DNA of 64,000 nt from Caecitellus pseudoparvulus (lineage: Eukaryota; Protista; Bigyra: Bicosoecida): positions 310,001-374,000 of the forward strand of contig CBFFRQ010000040.1 in assembly GCA_965644315.1 (NCBI GenBank). Direction: 5' to 3'. The notes beneath the pieces were generated by a model, which saw only the letters and a program-made list of their open reading frames with translations, did no database searches and was not told where the DNA came from. This document shows, one piece after another, positions 1 to 11,425 of the stretch. The translations under genes and the position numbers were made by a program. Each line of letters begins with the position of its first letter. Position 1 is the stretch's first letter.

Positions 1-112
1 AGCATCGCTAAGTTTAGCAGAGCTGGTTGGTATTTGTAGTGTGGCTGGCTCGTGCCGTTGCTTCGAACCTCCAAGCTCCGTTCGCGTGCTGGTAGCTTGC
101 ATTTGACATGAC

Positions 113-1321
113 TCAGTCCACCTGCTGGGCCTGCCCTGCCAGGACAAGCAGCAACTCCTCCGTGCTGGCGGAGGCAATGTCTGGGTCATCCTCTGCCTCC
201 TGCATCTGCTCCTCTGCCAGTTCAGCGGGGGGCAGCCCGTCAGTGGCCACGGCAGGCCCCGCCAGCTGTGCTGGCAACACCACTCGCAGGCAGGAAACTG
301 GCATCGTCACGTGCCTGCGCTCCAGCATCGCCACATCTACCCTGGACAGGGCCTGGGCGAGCTGTTCGCCCCCCGCCGCCGCGCCAGCGTTGCCAGTGTG
401 TGGCTGTGGCGCAGAGGGGGGTGGAGGGGGGGGCAGCACCCCCCCCTCATCTTCGAACTCGTCGTCACTGCCAAAGAGGTCGCCGCAGTACTCCGCAACG
501 AAACTCTCTTCCGATGACTCAGAGGCAGCGCGAGCCAGGGTCTGCGGTGCAGTGGCGTCCACCGCCCCCCGCACACGCCCCAGCACCTGAGGCAGCAGCC
601 GCAGCACCAACGCACCATCCCTGCGCCGGCGAATGACGTGTGCCAGCGCACCTTCCACTGCGGCGAACTTGACGCGTTGAAAGAGGGCGAACAGGCGCAC
701 CTTGCGTGTCTCGCCCCTGGGGGCAGGGGGGGCAGCACGGCCCTCAGCTCGGTCCACCGCCTCACTCGCCAGCTGCAGCACCCCTGCCGCCCACCCACGC
801 AGCGAGCCAGGGGTCAGCATGACCAGCTGGCCCGGCGCTCCAGCACAAGGTGCCCCTGCTGCACTGTGGGCGGATCCTTGGCTGTGTGTCGTGGTGGGGA
901 GGGGGGGCTGGGGTGTCCGCTGACGCCGCTGGGTCAGCTCCATGCTGGTGCGCCAGAGCTCGCAGCCTTCCTGCTCCAGCATCTGCTTGAAGGTCTCCAG
1001 GCACTGGAAGTGCGTGAAGGTGCTGCGGAGCTGCCCAGACACCTTGCCGGCCACCACAGTGGCGCTGGTGTCGTCGTCGTGTGCCACGTCAGCGGCAGAC
1101 ACACGTGCTGCGTTCTGCACCTGCATTTGCAGGGCCGTCACGACGCGCTCGGCTTCAGCGCTGCTGGTCCGCATCTCGCGCATGTACGTCTGCACGGCCT
1201 CGGCACGGCCCTCGGCCACGACAGCGCGCAGCCTCTCCTGCCGCTGCACCAGCTCCTGTGTGGGCACGGAATCCAGGCTTCGCTGAGCCTGGGAGTCAGC
1301 GTGGGCGGCGAGGTTGGCCAT
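113..1321 (-). CDS. hypothetical protein (helical N-half, acidic/Pro-rich C-half)
   Basis: Long ORF 113..1492; first ATG at 1321 (MANLAAH); AATGCA 9 nt after the stop. No recognisable domain; upstream exons possible. Confidence 0.5.
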   Translation of the reverse strand: MANLAAHADSQAQRSLDSVPTQELVQRQERLRAVVAEGRAEAVQTYMREMRTSSAEAERVVTALQMQVQNAARVSAADVAHDDDTSATVVAGKVSGQLRSTFTHFQCLETFKQMLEQEGCELWRTSMELTQRRQRTPQPPLPTTTHSQGSAHSAAGAPCAGAPGQLVMLTPGSLRGWAAGVLQLASEAVDRAEGRAAPPAPRGETRKVRLFALFQRVKFAAVEGALAHVIRRRRDGALVLRLLPQVLGRVRGAVDATAPQTLARAASESSEESFVAEYCGDLFGSDDEFEDEGGVLPPPPPPSAPQPHTGNAGAAAGGEQLAQALSRVDVAMLERRHVTMPVSCLRVVLPAQLAGPAVATDGLPPAELAEEQMQEAEDDPDIASASTEELLLVLAGQAQQVD

Positions 1322-1912
1322 GGTATGCGTTCTACGTTGCAGGGGCTGTGCTCGCAGCAGGCGTGCAGCAGCACGCGCAACAGGTGCAGAACGTGCGGAA
1401 ACTGATTTGGCGTGGTGTGCCGAGGGTGGAGTTTGGAAGGGGGTCCCCGTCAGAGAGCAGGGAATGCCAACAGCAGGGGAGCTGGAAGTCAATGCGTAAT
1501 CATTCCGTTAACGTTCGGTTTCTCACTTTTGTACGCGCCCAGTTTGTTGCACTTTGACGAGGGAGCGGTGGGAAGTCTGCTTGTGGAAGCGGCGCGTCAT
1601 CCCGAACCACGCGACTTCCAAATGCCACTTACAGTGCCGAAAAATATCGACTCCCCTGAACGCGGACCACGCCATATTTTCGTTTCTGCATCAGTGGATC
1701 ACTGTACCGAGCCGCCATTGTGGGGTGCTGACCAGGATGTTGGCGTTGAGGCAAGCTGCCGCCAGGCTTCGCCTGGGCGGGCAGCGCTCCTTTCTGGCTG
1801 CGGCTACTGCAGCACGGCGGCTACCAAGAATGACCTCGTGCGTGAGAGTGTGCATGGCGAGTTTGCCGTGCTTGTGCTCTCAGCCTTTCGCTCACCTGAT
1901 CGCCGCAGTGAA

Positions 1913-4126
1913 ATGGCGTTTCAGTGGCGAAACTCTCCCTCCGCCGCCACTCCGTTCCGGCGCGGCATCAGCAGCATGCATGGCATTGATGTGACAAGCG
2001 ACAGCGTGAAGGCCGTGGAACAGTACGATGCAGCGGTGTCTGAGTACCTGGGTCTGACCGGCGACCCCGTCGGCAAGTTGGAAGCTGCGTTGGAAGCGGA
2101 TCCCGGCTTCACGCTGGCCCACCTGCTGCTGGCTCTGCTACACTTGCTGTCCGGGGGCGCGACGGGGGCAGACCCCATCGTCGCCCGTATGCGCCGTCGA
2201 GCCAGCATCCTTGTGGAGGGTGGTCACTGCAACCACCGCGAACGCGTCATGCTAGCCGCCACGAACGCGTGGGCTGAGGGGCGGCAGCGCGAGGCAGCGG
2301 CGGTGTGGGAAGCGTGGCTGCTGGAGCAACCCGTGGACGCCCTCACCATCCGCCTGCTGCACGACACGTACTACTTCCTGGGCGACGCCGCCAACCTGCG
2401 TGACTCCGTGGGCCGTGTCCTTCCAGCCTGGGAGGTGGCCCACCCAGAGTACTTGAAGGTGTGCGGCATGTTCGCATTTGGGGCGGAGGAGTGTGGCTCG
2501 TACGCCCTGGCAGAGGACCAGGGCATGCGTGCCCTAGGGGAGGACAGCGCGGATCCTTGGGCCTTGCACGCCGTGGTGCACGTGTACGATGCGCTGGGGC
2601 GGCGGTATGAAGGGCAGCGCCTGCTGCGAGAGACAAGGTGGTTCTGGGACGCCGCCAACTTGATGCACGTGCACTTGCACTGGCACTGGGGGCTGTTCCA
2701 GCTGGAGGAGGGGCAGTTCGAGCGCGCCTTCGTGCGTTACGACTGGTGGCTGCGGGAGTACCACGCAGGCACCATCCTGGACATCGTAGACTCTGCTTCC
2801 CTCCTGTGGCGCCTGGAGCTGTACGGCAACCCCGTGTACGACAGGTGGGAAGAGCTGGCGCCCCTGACAGAGCAGTACCAGGGCCAGCACAGCACGCCCT
2901 TTACTGACGTGCACATTGCCATGGTGCTGGCTGGCGCGGGGCGGGAGAGTGAGCTGCAGGCACACCTAGACTCCATGCGCGCTGCCGCGTACAGCAGCCC
3001 CTTCTACTCCCCCACACACTCAGTGTCGGACCCCGCCCTGGCCAGCCCTGTGGCGCGGCATCCAGTGGACGACCTGGGCTGGGACTGGGGCCTGGTGCCT
3101 CGCGCCACACCAGCCGGTGCGCCAACCAACCCGCCAGCCAACCACGCCGGCACTTCAGCCACAGCGCCGGCCACAATGGGTCAGGCGCCTTCCACTCTCA
3201 GCGAGCAAGCGGTGTTGGAGGCGGCTGAGGATGCCTTGATAGCGGAAGTGCTGACTCATGGGCGGCAGGCTGACTCGCCGAGTGGGGCGCTGGCACAGGT
3301 GGGCGGGAACGGCCAGGTGGCGGTGTCATCCGGCGTCGCTTCAGCGCAGGATGTGGGTCACTTCCCGCGCAGTGTGGGTGATCCCAGTCAGTACGACCTG
3401 ACCGCCCCGCCGGCGGACAGCCCCCTGGCCGACCCCCCCTCCGCCGCCACAGGGCACTCCGACCTGGTGCAGTCAGCGGAGGATGACGCAGGCATTGCCC
3501 GGGCAGAGGACCCCTTCTCACTCAGTGCGGAGACTGCACGGGGTGCGGGGGGACGCCTGCCTCGCCCAGTGCTCACAGCACCCTTCAGCACGCTGCCTGT
3601 GCTGCCCCTGCGTGGGGCCAGTCCGCCTCAGGGGGAGGGGGGTAGCACCCCCCCTGACTTGGTCTCGCTGGGCGGTGTGGGGGGCTTCGGCCTGGGCAGT
3701 CACAGTGTGCATGACATGCGGTACGTCGCTGCGGCAGTGGGAGTGCCGTTGGCGGAAGGAATGGCTGCCTATCGCCTTGGGGACTACGCCACGGCGGTGG
3801 ACAAACTGCTGCCCCTGCGCAACGTGTGGCACCACATTGGCGGCTCGGCGGCGCAGCGTGACGTCTTCGCACAGACGCTGGAGGCGGCAGCGACGCAGTC
3901 TCGGCAGCTGCTGCTCGCTCGTGCGTTGCTGCGCGAACGCATCACGAACAAGCCCAACGGCGCCATGGCCATGTTCCACCTCTCCTCCATCCTCTTCTCC
4001 ACTGGGGAAAGCAAGACCGCCTCCCAGATGCGCGACCGTGCCCTGCGTTTTGGCCTGGGGCAGGAGCGAGTCTCCACGCCACAACGCAACGCTCTGACCA
4101 AGACGGAAGATGCTTGGTACCAGTGA
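1913..4126 (+). CDS. TTC38: TTC38-like tetratricopeptide repeat protein with a long low-complexity insertion
   Basis: Motifs GMFAFGAEE, DPWALHAVVHVY, HLHWHWGLF, DSASLLWRLEL, IGGSAAQRDVF are typical of TTC38. Start at ATG 1913 is uncertain (ORF opens at 1412). Confidence 0.85.
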   Translation: MAFQWRNSPSAATPFRRGISSMHGIDVTSDSVKAVEQYDAAVSEYLGLTGDPVGKLEAALEADPGFTLAHLLLALLHLLSGGATGADPIVARMRRRASILVEGGHCNHRERVMLAATNAWAEGRQREAAAVWEAWLLEQPVDALTIRLLHDTYYFLGDAANLRDSVGRVLPAWEVAHPEYLKVCGMFAFGAEECGSYALAEDQGMRALGEDSADPWALHAVVHVYDALGRRYEGQRLLRETRWFWDAANLMHVHLHWHWGLFQLEEGQFERAFVRYDWWLREYHAGTILDIVDSASLLWRLELYGNPVYDRWEELAPLTEQYQGQHSTPFTDVHIAMVLAGAGRESELQAHLDSMRAAAYSSPFYSPTHSVSDPALASPVARHPVDDLGWDWGLVPRATPAGAPTNPPANHAGTSATAPATMGQAPSTLSEQAVLEAAEDALIAEVLTHGRQADSPSGALAQVGGNGQVAVSSGVASAQDVGHFPRSVGDPSQYDLTAPPADSPLADPPSAATGHSDLVQSAEDDAGIARAEDPFSLSAETARGAGGRLPRPVLTAPFSTLPVLPLRGASPPQGEGGSTPPDLVSLGGVGGFGLGSHSVHDMRYVAAAVGVPLAEGMAAYRLGDYATAVDKLLPLRNVWHHIGGSAAQRDVFAQTLEAAATQSRQLLLARALLRERITNKPNGAMAMFHLSSILFSTGESKTASQMRDRALRFGLGQERVSTPQRNALTKTEDAWYQ

Positions 4127-4349
4127 CGGCGTGGCTGGGGCACGCCGCAACAGTTAACAAATCCAGTATCATACAGCACTACCCCACGTGCCTCCATTCC
4201 TGCCTTGTTGCCTGTCTCATGCCCAGCCGCTGGCCTCCGCTTCACACACTTAGCCGTGTGGGCCAGCCAGCTAGCGCCTTGGCCGCTCCGTCACTGCACA
4301 CGCTCTAGACGCCAGCGAACGAAGGAGGCGCCGAATTTTGAGCACAAAT

Positions 4350-5066
4350 ATGGCGTTCTTCGGATTGACGGCCCTTGGGGCTCAGAGTGCCTTCCAAGCC
4401 AGCGCTTTGGTGCGGATGAGCAGCTCGGGCGCAACGTCGCGCAGCTGCACACGAGCCTTGCCTCCACCCGCTGCTCGTGCAGGACTTCTTGGACATTACT
4501 CTCATCACTGACGAAGAACTCGAGAAAGCGTTCCTCAAGTGCGACAAGGACGGCAGCGGGGCCATCGAAATCGGAGAGGTGCGGCGCGCTTGCATTCGCG
4601 GGCGTTTCTGGGCCAATTTCCGCAACGCACCCCGCCGCACACTGTGCAGTTTGAGGCCTTATTGACAGTGGCCTACCGCGGGCCACCGCCCGCGTCAGAG
4701 GTGCAACGTATGATGGATGCTTTTGACACCAACGCTGACGGCAAGGTGACGCTGGAGGAGTTCAAGGAGACAGTGAAGGCCATGAAGGCAGAGCTGGAGG
4801 CGAAGGCCAAGCGCCGAGCCGTGGGCGCGGAGCCCATTCAGGGCCGGGTGTCCCTACGGGAGATGCACGATGCGCGCAAGCGACACATCCGGGACTTCAC
4901 CGGGCCGAAGGACACCCTGCACCACCCCATCACGGGCTCGCAAGACATTGGCTGGACTGTGACTGAAGCCGCAACAGCCAAGTCACTGGAGGAACTGCAC
5001 CCCAAGAAAAAGTGCCCTGAGACCGTGTACGCCGAGAAGATGTATGCAGCGGGGGAGTACTTCTGA
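4350..5066 (+). CDS. EF-hand axonemal microtubule inner protein, FAP85/SPMIP11(TEX49)-like
   Basis: Exons 4350-4409, 4483-4578, 4650-5066 join in frame (190 aa): MAFFGLTALGAQSAF N-terminus, two EF-hands (DKDGSGAIEIGE, DTNADGKVTLEE), C-terminal PITGSQDIGW...HPKKKCPETVY. Confidence 0.7.
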
Positions 5067-5089
5067 TGCATTCCTCTGCTGGCGCCGTG

Positions 5090-7499
5090 TCATGCCTGGT
5101 CTGCAGGCGTGCATCGCAGTGCCGCGCCGATCGCGTTCAGAACCCTGGTGGCGGTCAGTCCGCCCCGCAACATGACCGCCCTGTGGAGGGTTGGCTGTGC
5201 GCCAGGGTGGGGCAAATGCACGATAAATGGCCCCATGTACCCCATATCCTGCATGCTGCTGGCCAGGCTGCTGGCTTGTGGCAGGTCCATGTTCACAACC
5301 ACCAGCCCGAGTTCCCGCTGTGGGTTGAACGTCGCCGCCAGCTGCAGACTGTTGAAGGTGGCCAGCCCCACGTCCACCGTGGGCGCCAGGGTGGCTGTTG
5401 CCCCCAGTTTGCGCAGACTCTTCATCCAGCGCTTCCGCCCGCTGCTCGTCGCGTCCACCACGAGCACGACCTTGCCCCTGCATGCGTGTCGCAGAGCTGA
5501 ACGTGTGAAGGCGGGCTGCTCCTCGCCTGCGCTGCTGGTTGAGCTGACAGCGGGCGAGATTCGGGCGCTGCCCCGTGCAGAGGCAGCGGGCATGGCCGGC
5601 GGCCGATCGTCCAGGACTTCTTCGTCCAAGTCCTCCTCCGTATCACTGCCGTGCAGCGCCGTGACCACGGCGCCAAACTGGTCTGCGCCCCAGGAATCCG
5701 CAGCCAACATCCCGCCTGCCGCGTCATCTTCCCCTGCGCTGTGCAATGAGAACGCCGGCATACTGTGCCTGCTGCCGCGTCGGGTGTGCTGCCCTGAGTC
5801 GGACCGCGGCAGTGCGACGGCGCTGTCTCCTCCCTCCACGCACCCTCCACCCCGCGACTCTTGCGTTTGCTGTGCGCGCCCACAGTGCTTCCGCAGCAGC
5901 AGCAGCGTGCACCCTTGGCGGACTGCAAAGATGCAAGCCTCCACATCGTGTTCAATGCCGGCGTCGCTGGTGATGGAGAAGTGGGGGATGCTGGCTGGGC
6001 TCTGCTCCCGCGCCCATGGACGCAGCGCTGGTTGCATGCTGGCACTTGCTTCGTGCAAAGGCTGACCAGTGCGCCCCGTTGAGGTCTCAGCGTCCGGGCT
6101 GCCTTTGATGCGGATGGGTAAGGAGCTGGAGCTTGCAGTCGAAAAGGTGCCCTGCCGCTGCATGTGCTTGAGCGCTCCGCTGTCTGAGCGGTAGGGCAAG
6201 AATACGGCAGAGGCGAGGGAGGAACCGTTCCGCGCGAACAGCCTCCGCGCAGAGGCAGCTGCTTGCAGCACCGCTTGCCCCCGCGAGACGATGGAGTCAT
6301 GGGCGAAGGCATGCTGCTTGGCCTTGACCAGCGCAGACAGCTCGTGCGCAGATTCGTGCGAAAGACGAGGCAGCAACGGCTGCCGCACGAGGGATGCTGC
6401 CGCTTGCTCGTCGCTCAGCAGCTCGTGCGCGGCGCCGTTGGCCTGCTGCACTTCAAAGTCAGTGCCCCGTTCCCCAATCAGCAGCACCGCGTCAGCCGAG
6501 TTTGCCAGCAGGAAGCGCGTGGTCATGTCAGTCGTGTTGAAGTGCGTGGCTGCAATGTGCCCCATGCCCTGCAGGACGAAATCGTGCCGGGCGTCGAGCT
6601 CAATGAACAGCGCCAGCAACCAGGCTGAGGCCAGAGTGCCCAACTCAAAGAGGGCAATGGTGGTGTGGTCCACTGCGGTGCAGGTGTCGTCCTGGGACAA
6701 CGTCAGCCCTGCGTCCACGGCAAAGGCGGCGAGGGAGTAGGCGAGGAGCGGCAGCAAGGGCAACGCTCTCATCCCGGCTATGGTCAAGACGACCAGGGTC
6801 TGGGAGAAGGGAATGAGGAATGCGGACTTGTTCGTTGCGTCAAAGTCCCTTGCTTTCGAGGCCTCTGGCCAGCCACATGCCGCGACAAATGTGGCGTCGG
6901 CTCGAGTGGCAGCTGTGTGCAGCGAGCCAGTGAGCACTCGGCCAGCATTCAGGCCATGGACGGCGATGGCGAGGCAGGTCACAGTACCCCACACGAAGTG
7001 TGGCCGCGTCCATATGCTGCCCCAGGAATGAAGGGAGCAGCTGGTAAAGAAAGCCTCGCGGACAAGGAAGATGCAGGCCGTTGCCACGACAGCCATGCCA
7101 ACGGCCAGTGACCCAGACACAATGCTGCCTGTCGCCATCTCCCACACAGTGCTGACCAAGGCGATGACCAGAACGAGGTACGTCGCGTTGAGACATCGTT
7201 GTAGGGTGGCAGCTGCGAGCACCGGGCGGGTGGTATGTGAAGTGGAGCGGTTTCCTGCGTTGTCAAAATCCGCTCTCACCTTGGTCCCACTGCAGGAAAC
7301 CCGTCTCCACGGCAGGGTTCCGGAACCACAGACCTTGGCGCGAAGCCCACTGCGTGCCTTCACCCCCCGCCTCAGAGATGAGCGTTGCAGTCAGCGCCTG
7401 CATGACGTTGGCCCTGTGCCCCTCCACGCTGACTTGCCGGGAGCAAGCCATGCCAGCGGTTTGGCAGCATGGCTTGCTTCGGTCTTCACGGCTTGGCAT
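5090..7499 (-). CDS. multi-pass membrane protein with PAS-like and degenerate receiver (REC) domains
   Basis: Exon 7499-7280, intron 7279-7213, then ORF to 5090. About 6 hydrophobic helices, PAS-like LLANSADAVLLI...ANGAAHELL, C-terminal REC-like VVLVVD...LVVVNMDLP. Confidence 0.6.
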
Positions 7500-7643
7500 G
7501 TGGGCTCGTGAACCACGAAGCTCAGCCTGCTGCAGAGGCACGGTCCTGTACTAAAACCCGATAGTTCACATGGGCGCATGGGGACCCAGCTGAAGCTCTG
7601 CCAGCCTGCTGTTGTGGAAAATGCAGTGGTGCTGAAGTTGAGC

Positions 7644-10600
7644 ATGGCCTTGGTGGGTGGCGTTTCGGCCACTGCCGGCGAGGCATGTCTTGCAGTCCGT
7701 GCGCCTGCCCTGTGTGTGTGCAGATTTCCCGCGAAGAAAAGCTTCGCCAAGAACTGGGTCTGGATGAAGATGGCCTCGGCGTGGATGTGGACACCTTTTC
7801 AGTGAGCAGGTGAGGTCTGCGCTGCCCCGTCCGTTGGCTCGTCGCGTTTCACCATTGCACACACCACTTGCCCTCGTTCAGCGAGGAGTCAGAGGCCGGG
7901 GCACAGCCCAGTCCAGCGCCATCCACGTTAGAGTTCTACGGATCATGGACGCCTGTGCGCAGCCCTTCCCGTTTCGGCGCTGCGTCACCGCACACTCCGG
8001 CTTTGCCGAGCGTCGAAGCCTTCCCGATGGACGTGCCTGGCTCCACCAGTCAGGCCTTGACGCCAGGGCGCTCCCGCGGGGCGGCATCTTTCTTGGCTTC
8101 CGAGTCCAAGGCAGCCGCACAGTCGAGTGGCTTGCGCACACCCGCTGGCCTGGCCCTGCAGGCCGCAGTGGAGAGCTTGCTGGCGCTGACACGTGCCAGT
8201 CGGCGGCGAGGTGGTGCAGCGAGTCGCATGGCGATGGTGCGGGAACACCTGCAGGGCACACCCGCCCAGGCGCCGCCCCTCACGCCTGAACGAGGGACAT
8301 CTGCACCGACAGGCTCTGGGGCGGCCCCCATATCACCCTACATCCCTGGCTCGCCACACTCCCGACGTGGCGGTGGCGGTACGCCCCTGCCCCCCACGGG
8401 CAACGTGTCTGCACTGGAGCTGCAGTTGGCCAGTGCCCTGGCAGCCATGGATGCGGAACAACGGGCATCTGCGGCGAAGCTTGCCCAGGCCAGTGCAGAG
8501 CTGCAGAGCGCACAGCAGGCCCGTGTGGAGGCGGAGGGTGCGCGGGGTGACGAGCGAGTGCGTTTCCGAGCTTGGGCCGAGGCGGAGAGGGCTCGCAACC
8601 AAGGTGTTCTACAGGGTGTCCGAGGGGCCATGGAGGAGGCTCTCCGTGTGTTGCAAGGGTCCGCCTTCGTGTCGGTGCGTGAGGGTCTCCAGCGCGCCTT
8701 GGAATCTGCAGCCGTGGCGAGCGGGCCTGACTACCGCAGGGCCAAGGAGGCGCACGGCGGCAGGGAAGAGCGTGAGGTGGACCCTGCCCTACGTGCAACG
8801 CGGTCGAAGTTGGCACAGTCTCAGCAGCTTGTGAGCAAGTTGCGCGAATCGGTGGCAGGACTGCAAGCGCAGTTGGCGGCAGTTGCGGCGTGGGGCGGGG
8901 GTGCCGCCCAACCCCACCCCGTAGCTCAGTCAGCCACGCGCATCCTCTTTCCAGTGGCACATGGCGATGGCAATGCTAGCTCGCGAGGTGCGACGTCCGT
9001 TGTTGTCGACGCTTCTGCGAAAACCACGGAGTCCCTGCAGGCACAGCTAAGTGCGCTGCAGGCAAAGTACGACACACTCAAGCAGCGGCTGGTGGAGCTG
9101 ACGTCAGCTGCCGCAGACTCCACCGCCTCCTCCAAAGCTGCCACTGCACAACTGGCGGCGTTGCGGACCCAGCAGCAGGCGGCAGCTCCGCCGCCTGCCG
9201 CGCCAGCAGCTGGGTCTGACAGGCAGGCTGCTGAGTGGCGCAGGCGTGCTGAAGCGGCCGAGGCGGCCCTTGCAGCGCACTCTGCTGCTCCATCTGGATC
9301 TGACGCAGCTTCCTCGGAGCTCCAGAAACTGCTATTGGAGTCACAAGAGACGATTTCGTCGCTGCGAGCCCAAGTGGAGACGACACAAAAGGCCGGCGAT
9401 GCAGCCGCAGACGCTGCTCGTGCTGAGACCGCTGCAGCTCAAAAGCAAGTGGAAGCGCTGAAAGAGTTGCTCGGGGAGTCACAAAAGGCGATAAAAGCAG
9501 CCTCAAAAGCGAAGGCCAAGGCAGCCAAAGCCCACGCGAAGGAGCTGGCAGCACTGAGGCAGGAACAGCAAGACGGGCAAGTCGCAGGGGGTGCCGCTGC
9601 TGCTGAGCAAGCTGCAGAGCAGGCTGCTGCCCTCGCTGCAGCGGAAGAAGCCAGGGCTGACGTGGAGGCGCAGCGAGATGCTGCGCAGGCAACTGTTGAA
9701 GAGCTCAAGCAACGCTTGACAGCGCTCGAGGGGGAGCTCGGCGCCTCCAGCTCTGCAGCACAACGGGCTCAGGCGACCGCCGAGCAGCAAGCTTCTGAAG
9801 CAGCCGCAACCGTGAAGAAGCTACAAAGGGAGCTGCAGCGTGCTCAAGATGAGGCTGCAGAAGCCAAGGCTGTGGCTGCAGCTGCTCAGGCGGCAGGGGA
9901 TGGTCTGCAGCAGAGTGCACAGCGGGTGCGGGGGCGCTCCGTCGCACTTCGTGAAGCTGTGTCGGCAGCGAAGGAGCACATCGGAACAGATTTAGCCAGT
10001 GCATCACGGGACATCTTTGGCGCATCTGCAGCTGCCGGCGGAGGCAGTGCAGGTCTCTTTGGGGGGTTGCAAGCAGCCATTGCTGGGGTTGCGACGCACG
10101 CAGCCGGCATGGCCGAGCGGTACAGAAAGGAGATGAGGCAGCGCAAGGAGCTGTTCAACCAGCTGCAGGAGCTGCGGGGCAACATTCGCGTATTCTGCCG
10201 AGTGCGCCCTCTGCTGCCGTTCGAGGTGAAGCGGGGTGACAGTGCAGGCATCACGTTTCCTGACGAAGGGGAGCTGCAGGTGGACAACAAGAAGCGTGGG
10301 CCCAAGTCGTGGGAGTTCGACAAGGTGTTCCAGCCCGGTACACAGAATTCGGAAGTGTTTGAGGACATCGCACCGCTGGTGCTGTCTGTCATGGACGGGT
10401 ACAACGCGTGCATTTTTGCGTACGGGCAGACAGGCAGCGGCAAGACGCACACGATGGAAGGCGAGGAGGGGAACCGGGGTATGAACTACCGAGCTCTGGA
10501 GCGCTTGTTCAAGGTGCGGGACGAGCGGGCTGCGGAGGGCGACTTTTCCTTCAGCCTGTCGGTGACGTTGCTGGAGATCTACAACGAAACCATTCGGGAC

Positions 10601-11275
10601 ATGCTGTGCGACCCGAAAGCGCCGCCGAAAAAGCTGGTTGTGAGAGAGAGCGCAGAGGGCATGACAGTGCCTGGCTTGACCCAAGTGGATGTTGGCAGCT
10701 TGCAGGAGGTGCTGGACCTCATCAAGCATGGGTACGGCAACCGCACAGCCTTTGCCACTGACATGAACGAGCACTCCAGTCGCAGCCACTGCATTCTGTC
10801 CGTGCATGTGGCGTTCACGAACAACGTGGAGGGCTCCACTGCTCGTGGGAAGTTGCACTTGATTGACTTGGCGGGCTCCGAGCGTGTTGGCCGCAGTGGC
10901 GCAACGGGGGAGCGCCTGAAAGAAGCGCAGGCAATCAACAAGTCCCTGTCAGCTCTAGGGGATGTCATTGCCGCACGGGCGAGCAAGCGAGGGCACACGC
11001 CTTTCCGCAACTCAGTGCTGACGTTCCTGCTGCAGGACAGCTTGAGCGGCAACAGCAAGACGCTCATGTTTGTGAACGTGTCCCCCGCCCTGTCTAACGG
11101 GGAGGAGTCGCACTGCAGCCTGAACTTCGCTGCACGTGTGCGCGCTGTGGAGCTCGGCAAAGCCACCCGCAGCGTGGAACGCAAGGCGCCCGGTTCATCC
11201 AGTGGCTCGGTCAAGCGCAGTGGGGGCGCGGCACCCGCTCCAGCGCCGACCTCAGCAAGCAGGCGGCGTCGCTGA
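7644..11275 (+). CDS. kinesin-14 family C-terminal motor protein (KIFC3-like)
   Basis: Long coiled coil, neck RKELFNQLQELRGNIRVFCRVRP, P-loop GQTGSGKT, NEHSSRSH, DLAGSER. Probable short 5' exons (7644-7652, 7724-7810) splice into the ORF near 7882. Confidence 0.92.
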
Positions 11276-11425
11276 CGACCATGGAGGTGCTCGCTGCCGC
11301 CGTGAACGTGCAAATTCAATCCCACCAACCGGTCCACTCGTCGTGAAAGCCACCCTGCCAGTCGTGTGGGCTGTGGTGGAGTGTGCGGCTCCTGGAGCGA
11401 GCAGAGTGGCGCGGTGTTTGTGAGC

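Noticed and set aside
1412-1912. N-terminal extensions from the ORF track (also 28024, 34324, 45940, 46472, 63985)
   Set aside because: They start at non-ATG codons or run through introns and UTRs; spliced models give better starts.
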